Both the position numbers and the translations under genes were made by a program. A stretch of 64,000 nucleotides of DNA from Octopus sinensis (lineage: Eukaryota). Where the stretch lies: assembly GCF_006345805.1 (NCBI RefSeq), contig NC_043004.1:15748001-15812000 (forward strand). Direction: 5' to 3'. Below are positions 55,403-64,000 of this stretch, one piece after another. How positions within the stretch are numbered: position 1 is the stretch's first letter; every line of letters begins with the position of its first letter. The notes under the pieces are model-generated. The model saw only the letters and a list, made by a program, of their open reading frames with translations, ran no database searches and had not been told where the DNA came from.

Positions 55403-56024
55403 TTGTCCTCAGCCGCTTGGACTTCTGCTGCCAACTTTGGTCACCACACAATATAAAACAAACAGCAGAACTCGAAGCAACTCAGAGAAGCTACACAAAG
55501 AAAATCGTCTCAATGCAAAATGTCAGCTACTGGGAAAGACTGCAGGTATTAAACCTCTTCTCCCTGGAGCGGAGGCGGGAGAGATATGCAGTGATATACA
55601 TCTGGAAAATCCTGGAGGGTCTTGTCCCAAACTTTGGCATTCAAAGTTACTCCAACCGCAGAACGGGGCGCCGCTGCGTGGTGCCAAGGATTCCAACATC
55701 ACCATCAAAATACAGGTCCAGATACTGCAACAGCTTGGGTTTCAGAGGACCACAGCTCTTTAACATCCTCCCTAAATGCCTGAGAGATTTACATGGTGTG
55801 GATGTGGGTTTCTTTAAAACTAAACTGGATCTCTTCTTGTTGGGAGTCCCAGATGAACCTACCGCACGACAGGAGACACGGATGCGGGCAGCAGCATCGA
55901 ACTCCCTTGTTGATCAAGTGCCACGTATCAGAGGTGGATTCACAAACTAGTGTAGCTCATTCAGCGGTGGTGCCCCAGCATGGCCGCGGCCTTCGGGCTA
56001 AAACATTTTTAAGGATTTAAGGAT
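55403..56024 (+). mobile_element. CR1-like LINE 3' end, relatively intact, inserted in (TA)n
   Basis: Open frame FVLSRLDFCCQLWSP..SYWERLQVLNLFSLERRRERY..FKTKLDLFL..VPDEP; short 3' UTR ending in (TTTAAGGA)2. Confidence 0.9.
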
Positions 56025-56238
56025 TATATGTATATGTAGGTATGTAGAGTTATACGTATGTGCATGTATGTGTGTATATATGCATATGTGTAGATAGGTG
56101 TATATATGTATATGCACTTGTATAGAAATATGTATACATTTATGCATGTATGTACTTATGTGTATGTACGTGTATATATATATGTGTGTATGTACATGTG
56201 TGTGTGTATGAGTATGTATGTATGTATACGCACATGTG

Positions 56239-56285
<47 letters not shown>

Positions 56286-56545
56286 ATATGTATATATATA
56301 TATGTGTGTGTGTGTATGTGTGTATATGTATGTATATATATATGTGTGTATGTGTATGTTGGTGTATATATATATATATATATATATGTTAATGTGTGTG
56401 TATATGTATATATATATATATATATATGTGCGTGTGTAAGTGTGTGTATATATGTATGTGTAAGTGTGTATATGTTTGCTTGTATGTATATGTTATATAT
56501 GTGTATGTGTGTGTATATGTATATGTATGTATATATATATATATA

Positions 56546-56577
<32 letters not shown>

Positions 56578-56584
56578 GTATATG

Positions 56585-56616
<32 letters not shown>

Positions 56617-58309
56617 CGTGTACGCTCGTGTGTTTATGTATATGTAGGTATGTAGAGTTATGTATGTATGTATGTATATATACATATGTGTAAATAGGTA
56701 TATATGTGTAAGTTTATATGTATGTATCCGTCTGTAGAATAGGTAACTGCACGTATATATATTTAATATTTATTATTTATTTTTTGAGTATGCATGTATG
56801 TATATGAATAACTGCATGTATATATATTTTATTATTTATTTTTTGAGTATGCATGTAAGTATATGAACATAAGGAGGCGCGTGTGTGTGTATATGTGTAA
56901 GCATATGTATAATTTTATGTATACATATGTATTCTTTTACGCATGTGTGTACTTATGTGTATATATGGATGCGCATGTGTGTGTGTGTATGTGTACGCAT
57001 GTATATGTGTATGTGTGTGTATGTATATATATGTATATACATATATATATATATATGTATGTGTATGTATGTGTGTATATATATGTATATGTATATGTGT
57101 GGGTGTGTGTATGTGTATATATGTATGTATGTATAGGTGTATGTATATGTATGTATATATACGTATATATATGTGTATGTGTATGTATGTGTATGTAGGT
57201 GTATATGTATATGTGTATATATATTTATTGGTGTATATGTATGGACAATCTTCTGTGGGTGTATTGAAGTATGTATGTGTAAGCGTGTAGACATGAATCT
57301 GTAGGTACGCGTACGTATGTGTATATATGTGAATGTATGTAGATGTATGTATGTATGAATATAACGCGTGCGTGCGTGTATGTGTATGAGTGTACGAATC
57401 CACCTCTGATACGTGGCACTTGATCAACAAGGGAGTATGTGTATATGTATGGACTAGTCTTCTGTGGGTGTATTGAAGTATGTATGTGTAAGCGTGTAGA
57501 CATGAATCTGTAGGTACGCGTACGTATGTGTATATATGTGAATGTATGTAGATGTATGTATGTATGAATATAACGCGTGCGTGCGTGTATTGTGTATGAG
57601 TGTACGAATGGTGTGTGTGCGTGCGAATGAGTGTGCGTGCGTGAGTGAGTGCTTGTGTTCGAGTAGAAAGATAAATGGACTTGCTGTCGTCCCCAGGGGG
57701 ACGATAGCCAAGATGCTTGTGACCGCGGTCAAAGATAACAAAAGTAATAAATGAAAATAATAATAAAATTAAAATAAGGGAATGGGTTGTATGTGGATGT
57801 ATATGTGTGTATGTGTAGTATGTATAGGTACACATATGTATATATATATATATATATATGTATATATGGACATGTGTGTGTGCATGTGTGTATGTATATA
57901 TGTGTGTGTATGTGTGTATGTGTATGTGTGTGTATGTATATATTTGTATGTATATGTATGTGTGGGCCTGTGTGTATGTTACATGTGTGATATATATATA
58001 TATATATATATATATACTATATATATATATATATATATGTATGTGTATATATGTGTGTATGTATATGTGTGTGTGTGTATATATATACATATGTGTATAT
58101 GTATAAGTGAGAGTCTCCTTATTTACCTAAAACTCTATTCTTCTATTTATTTTTTTATTCTTTTATTTATTTTTTATCTACTTTACCACTGACTCCTTGA
58201 CCACTCCCCTAAGTATGATATTTTTGCGCTATGCCTACCCCAAAAATTCCCCCACCCCACCCTTTAAACCTGCCTAAATGTATAAATGCCAAAACAATTC
58301 TTGTTAACA

Positions 58310-58360
58310 AGCTTCCTGATGATTTCTCTTGAATGAAACAGTTCTAGTCCTGTAGAAGCT
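58310..58360 (+). ncRNA. Type I hammerhead ribozyme, right end of palindrome
   Basis: Same sequence as 52507-52557 on the opposite strand, followed by AATAAA and (TA)n. Confidence 0.82.
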
Positions 58361-58602
58361 CCTTGTATATAATAAATATATATATATATATATAAATATA
58401 AAGATTGCACACACATATATACACATTTGTCATTCCCTCCCTGAAACTCTCATATTTATCTCCTAATCTATCAACCCTTCTCCTCTCTCTTTCTCGACAC
58501 CTCTGAACACACAAATATATATGGATCGATTTTGATTATATACGCTATTGATTATATACACACATACATTCATGCATACAGACGCAGATATAAAACAGAC
58601 GA

Positions 58603-58681
<79 letters not shown>

Positions 58682-58689
58682 ATTGCAGA

Positions 58690-58912
58690 TAAAACGAGAA
58701 GACGAAATGTAACAACAACAAAATTTATAATTGGCTCACCTTCGAGATGCAGTGCTCCTTCGTGGTCGTGGTCAATTGTAAGGTATGCAAAACACTACAA
58801 AACACATGCTAGGACCTGTGGATTGTGTTCTGAAGAATTCCTATCCATCTTGCTTATTAGGGAAAAGGTCATTAATAAATTTCTGAACGCATTACACGTT
58901 GTTTACATACCA
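58690..58912 (+). pseudogene. Penelope-like GIY-YIG endonuclease C-terminal remnant
   Basis: SWSIVRYAKHYKTHARTCGLCSEEFLSILL..VINK then, after a frameshift, SERITRCLH. Parallels the 22.3-kb remnant. Confidence 0.65.
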
Positions 58913-60588
58913 TAAAATCTTGTGTGTATATATATGCCATACATGCCTGTGTGTATATATGTGCTGAGTGGAAGTCTCTGATCTGTACTGATGTGTACAT
59001 GAATATATCGGTGTACGATATACATATGTGCGTGTGTATAAATATATGAGTGTTTAAGCGCATTTGCCTGCAGAAATGTGAGACTACGTGTGTTAACGTA
59101 CATTTGCATTTGGATTTCCTGCGGTGTGTGTGTGTGTATTTGTGTGTCTGGAGGATCTGTGAGCATTACGTGAGGGTTTGAGTGTACCTGTCGCTGTATC
59201 TGTGTGAGTTCGTGTGTGTGCTCTATGGAGTCAGTAGTGATGTGATCTCTGTATGTGTCTGTGTGGGTGACGTTTTGTGCCCTGGGGGGTGTATTCCAGG
59301 GTGTAGGTTTGTTTTTGTATGAGTGTATAGTTGTGTGCGTGTGTAATTAACTAACATACTTAAATGTGATGGTGTGTGCTGTCATGTTCCCAAGAGTATA
59401 ATCATTAATCTATGCGTCTATACGTCTTTACATTGAATTAAATGTAAGAATATGTGCGTCTGTTTGTCTGTGACTGTGTCTAACCGTAAAAATCTGTCAA
59501 TGCAGCGAAACCCAAATGTAAATCTCCCAGATTAAAACCTTATTATCCTACCTAAAGATTCCTCGCTGCACTACGCGTTGCATCTGCCGTTATTTCATCG
59601 TTCCACGTCCACAAGGGAGGAATGTATCTTGAAGATAAAACAATTGTTATGATATAATACTTTTTTTGTTGTTAAATTCCCTCTGCTCATTTTCTCTTTA
59701 ACTTATACCCAACGTCCAACCTGGAATTCTTGCAATTATAACAGCGATGCTTGATAAGTATCGCTGATGATGCCTAGTAGCCATAAGTGGTGAACTTGCT
59801 CTGCAGACCCACGATGCGGGACTTACCCTGAAATAAAGTTTTGATACATGTATTTTAGTAACCTTAATTTTTTAACCGTATATATGTATCTTTCAGCTCA
59901 TGTCACCCCAGACACACTAGAATGAATATCCATTTCAACCTGGCAAAAAAGAATTTCTACTATAGTCTCTAATACTAGCACCAGTGACACACTACTACAT
60001 GAACTAAAGGATACACGCGTCAGCAGGAACTCTTCACCGTCACTAACTGATATAGGCTTTCAGGATGCCCTACAACTCAACATCCGCGAACTCAGATATC
60101 CCAAACTAAAGAAGAATTTACAACCAAAGCACTGCCATACATTTCACTACAGAGTTCCCTGAACAAAGAAGACTTCGGCACCATCCTCCAGAACATACCT
60201 CTATTAAAATGGGACCACAGAATCTATCTAATCCTCTAAACGCGAACCATCATGAAGGCGAAGAACAACCCAATCAAAATCCACAACCAACATCCCTCAT
60301 ATAGAATATTTCTTCAGATCTGCTACAACCAACCTACCAAACTTTCACAACAGTAAAAGAGAGAGAGAGAGAGAGAGAAAGAGAAGGTAAATGTCCCACG
60401 TATTGGAAAACTATAGAAATATTTTAAAAACATGTCAATTAATTTTTCTCCTATTTATTATTCCTTTCGAAAAAGTCACAAAGTTGGAAACCGGCACTAA
60501 AGTGTGCTTCATGATAAACTTATTTTAACATTTTCTGCCTTGTCCTATTTTCCTTATACCTATCAACTCGTGTGTTACTTTTCAACCT

Positions 60589-60633
<45 letters not shown>

Positions 60634-61661
60634 ACACACGCACACACACATTATATATACCTACTCTTTTACTCTTTTACTTGTAATGTGAATTTGGAAA
60701 GAAGTATAATATATTTATCCGAATGAATTTATTTCGTCCTTTCATAGGAATTTTTTCCATAGATTTTTTATGTATTTTCCTCATATGTTATTTGTGAATT
60801 TTTAATTCGTATAGGAATGAAAGTATGCAAAGAAATAATCAATATATGACTTAATTTATTAAACCAAGTTCAATAAATGTTATCAAATAAATGAAATAAA
60901 GCAGATTGGATGGTAAAATGGATTATCCTTTTATTTCATATTCCCAGACAATGGTTTCTGACGAAATAACAAAGATTTCCATAAAGAGAATATCGTAAAG
61001 GTCAAACTTGTACTCTTCAGTAGGTGAGATTTTAAGGATAATAAACAAGAGACGCTTAAAATATACATAGAATTATTTCTTACTTATCATCATTATTTAA
61101 GTATTTGTATATTTATTCTTCCACTCACAATTTATTGAATCGAGACTAAAACGATAAAAGACTAGTTTGCTTAAATATCTAATATACAAATTTTCACTTC
61201 CTCGCTGTGAAATCCAATATACATCTATTTGAAAATTTCCCGAAAGAAATTACATACACATATAAAACTCCCTGAAGATAACACATAAACATACAACTCC
61301 CTAAAGAAAACACATACACATACTTCCTACTGAAAATACATACACATACATTTTGATCAGTATTTTCCCCTCTTTTTCCTCCCACTCTCTCGATCGGCAT
61401 GTCTCTCTCTTCCGCCTCTCCCTTTTTCTCACTCTCTCTTTCTTAGTCTCCCTGTAATATCTGTCTGTGTAGATATACTTACGCACGCATATCTACACAT
61501 TGATGCTAATATAATCCCTTTCGTACACTCTTTCTGTGCCCACTCTCCCTTTCTCTCTCCGTGTCTGTTGACCTGCCTCTCTCTTGGTCTGTCTGCCGCT
61601 CTCTTCTCTTCTTCTCTCCCTCGCAAATCGATGTCCTTGTCTCTCCCTCTCCCTGTCTCTC

Positions 61662-61744
<83 letters not shown>

Positions 61745-63189
61745 GTCCCTCTAACCGTATCCCTGGCAAAGATGCCATGGAACTGGCCAACAAAAGGACT
61801 GCAACTGTTCGTGCGATGCGGAAAAGTAATGGCTTTCTCTTCTGCTCAAATAAACGGGATCGAACGCAATCTGTGATCAACGACATTACAACTGCGAGAA
61901 GAGTAACATAACTAAAACCATCAAGATCAACTTTTACTGTTTAATGCAGACAATGACTTCAACCATATGTTACTTCAAAGTGAGTTTTGGTGCTAAATTA
62001 TTCAGTGGAAACGAAGGTTATTTATTTCTTCCATACTTCATTTTAATGGTATGCGACCATATCACTTAGTATATACATATATATTTCATATGCCTATGCT
62101 CTCATCCACCAGTTGATATTGAAAACTGAACTTTCCTTAGCCATCTGTTCTGCAAAACGGAAAGATAGATTAAGAACCTAGTACAGAGATCGATTTGTTT
62201 GACTAAACTCTTAAAAGCCAAACATCAACATGACTGCACTCCTATGAATGTAATAATGAATAATAAACAATAAGTTTATCGTAATTTTAAAAAATCTTTA
62301 CATTTAATCAATTTACACATGAATGAATTGATTATACAGAAAAATAGCCCAAATGCCTTGTAATCCACTGGCATTTTACATATTAATTCGCCATGAGCAG
62401 AGGACTGTCTCCCAGAAAAAAAAAGCAATCGCATGTCAGAATAGTGTAGGGTAATTTTAAGCACTGCTGGTATCCATATTATCCTTATATACCGAAATAA
62501 GGCGCAGCAAGTGTCGGTATCTAACGATTTGTTCTTGAATGATAACAGACGTATATACTCAGAAATCGGGCGTGAATTCTATGAAATTCTGAACCAAACT
62601 TAGAAACTTTAAAATATCTATAATCTATTTAAATATTACATCAGAGATTTTAGCAAATGCATATATTTCTTTAAGTTTCTTTCGAATAATTACTATCGAA
62701 CATGACAGCTTGTCTGAATAAATATACCAGATAATCATATATTACAAAAAACATGCCGATAGACGCATATCTATGCAGATATGAAGTGTGTTTGTGCCTT
62801 AGTCTGTGTATATGTTTACAGATACAAGCAAATTATTCAACTTTATATTTTCTATTTTGTATGTTTTCAAGTGTATAATACTGACACAAACATTCGTTTA
62901 ACATTTAATCTAAAGCTTATAACCAATCCCAGGTACGTGAATATAGCAGAGAAGTTTTATACGCGTAACGAAATTAAAATGTAAAAGCATTATCTTAAAT
63001 GTTTAGTCGCTATCAGTTTTTTAAGGTTTTAAATGTTCAAGATCTATGGCTAGCATAACAGAGATAATGTATCAATAAGAGGTAAGCTCCCTTTCATCTG
63101 ATATGTGTAGGTTGCGCAAACACTGAAGTTTAATACTTGGCAGTCAATCTATTTTGTTTACTGAGCTAATGAGTAATAGTGCAGGCTTA

Positions 63190-63328
63190 TATGCTGTGTT
63201 AAGACACCAGATATCCGAGAGGTCCAATGTGGATAATAATTGTAATATATATATATTGGTATATATATATATTACAATTATTATCCACATTGACCCTCTA
63301 GTATATCTGGTGTCTTAATGCAGCATAT
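63190..63328. repeat. Inverted repeat with a TA centre
   Basis: atatgctgtgttaagacaccagatat...ggataataattgtaatata / tatattacaattattatcc...atatctggtgtcttaatgcagcatat. Confidence 0.88.
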
Positions 63329-63334
63329 TTATTA

Positions 63335-63512
63335 TTAAAGCTGCGATGCATTACAACATATGACAAAAACAGCTAGTCAGAGTTTCAGCTTCCCGTTCGT
63401 TGGAAAATTGTGATTTAGAATTTCAACCACAACTGTCCGACGAACAAGAACGTAAAACTCTGAGTGACAGTTTTTACTTTTATAGTTTGTGATGTTCTTG
63501 CAGCTTTAATAA
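63335..63512. mobile_element. Old diverged fold-back of the 39.9-kb family
   Basis: AACTGT CCGACGA ACAAGAACGT AAAA CTCTGAG TG ACAGTT on plus, with a degenerate inverted copy at ~63365-63405. Confidence 0.55.
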
Positions 63513-63743
63513 TTAAGTATATGTGAGTGAATATATATATATATTTATATGGTATAATCTAATATATATTACGATAAATATATGTATTTTATATAGCGCC
63601 CACGAGCAAGATGCAGCGGATTTTCTCCAAGCTGAAATCTCTTATGGACGTGCATTGTATAGTGTAATGTTAGATACATAGCCACACATACAATCAGACA
63701 AGCAGGCCAACTTACAGACAGATGGACAGACAGCCAGAAATAC

Positions 63744-63821
<78 letters not shown>

Positions 63822-64000
63822 GTAAACAGACAGATACAGGGACACTCATATATAAGCCTGTCTAAAGGAGGACGCGTGTGTAATTATTTTATTATATTTT
63901 ATGAGTATTTGTGATCTATTTGCACATTATTTTTTTTATTTGTCACGCTATAATTGTATAAATATGAATATTCAATGATTTTAATAGTTATTTTATGTAA

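Larger units (their letters stand above)
52490..58377. repeat. ~5.9-kb imperfect palindrome centred near 55285
   Basis: Unique blocks mirror each other: 52490-52768 / 58103-58377, 53080-53420 / 57445-57790, 53800-54060 / 56615-56885 and 55215-55265 / 55288-55335. Confidence 0.9.

Overview
AT-rich, microsatellite-dense, repeat-dominated eukaryotic DNA with no supportable host protein-coding gene. Most listed ORFs are (TA)n/(CA)n translation artefacts. The repeat style resembles an octopus genome (inference from recalled SINE families, not verified). The window holds decayed non-LTR retrotransposons: a near full-length RTE, a Dong/R4-like element beside (TAA)n, several CR1-like pieces and a Tx1/L1-like endonuclease remnant. 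It also holds many tRNA-type SINEs, a Tc1/mariner MITE and two Penelope-like (PLE) GIY-YIG endonuclease remnants. The most notable signal is non-coding: about 15 type I hammerhead ribozyme (HHR) motifs from several sequence families. They sit in short elements beside TA microsatellites, often as fold-back inverted pairs. The best case is a ~480-bp x 4.5 tandem array (36.9-39.1 kb) with one HHR per unit, a retrozyme-like or PLE pseudo-LTR array predicted to release ~480-nt monomer RNAs. A ~5.9-kb palindrome (52.5-58.4 kb) carries an HHR at each end. All folding was done by eye; self-cleavage is untested.
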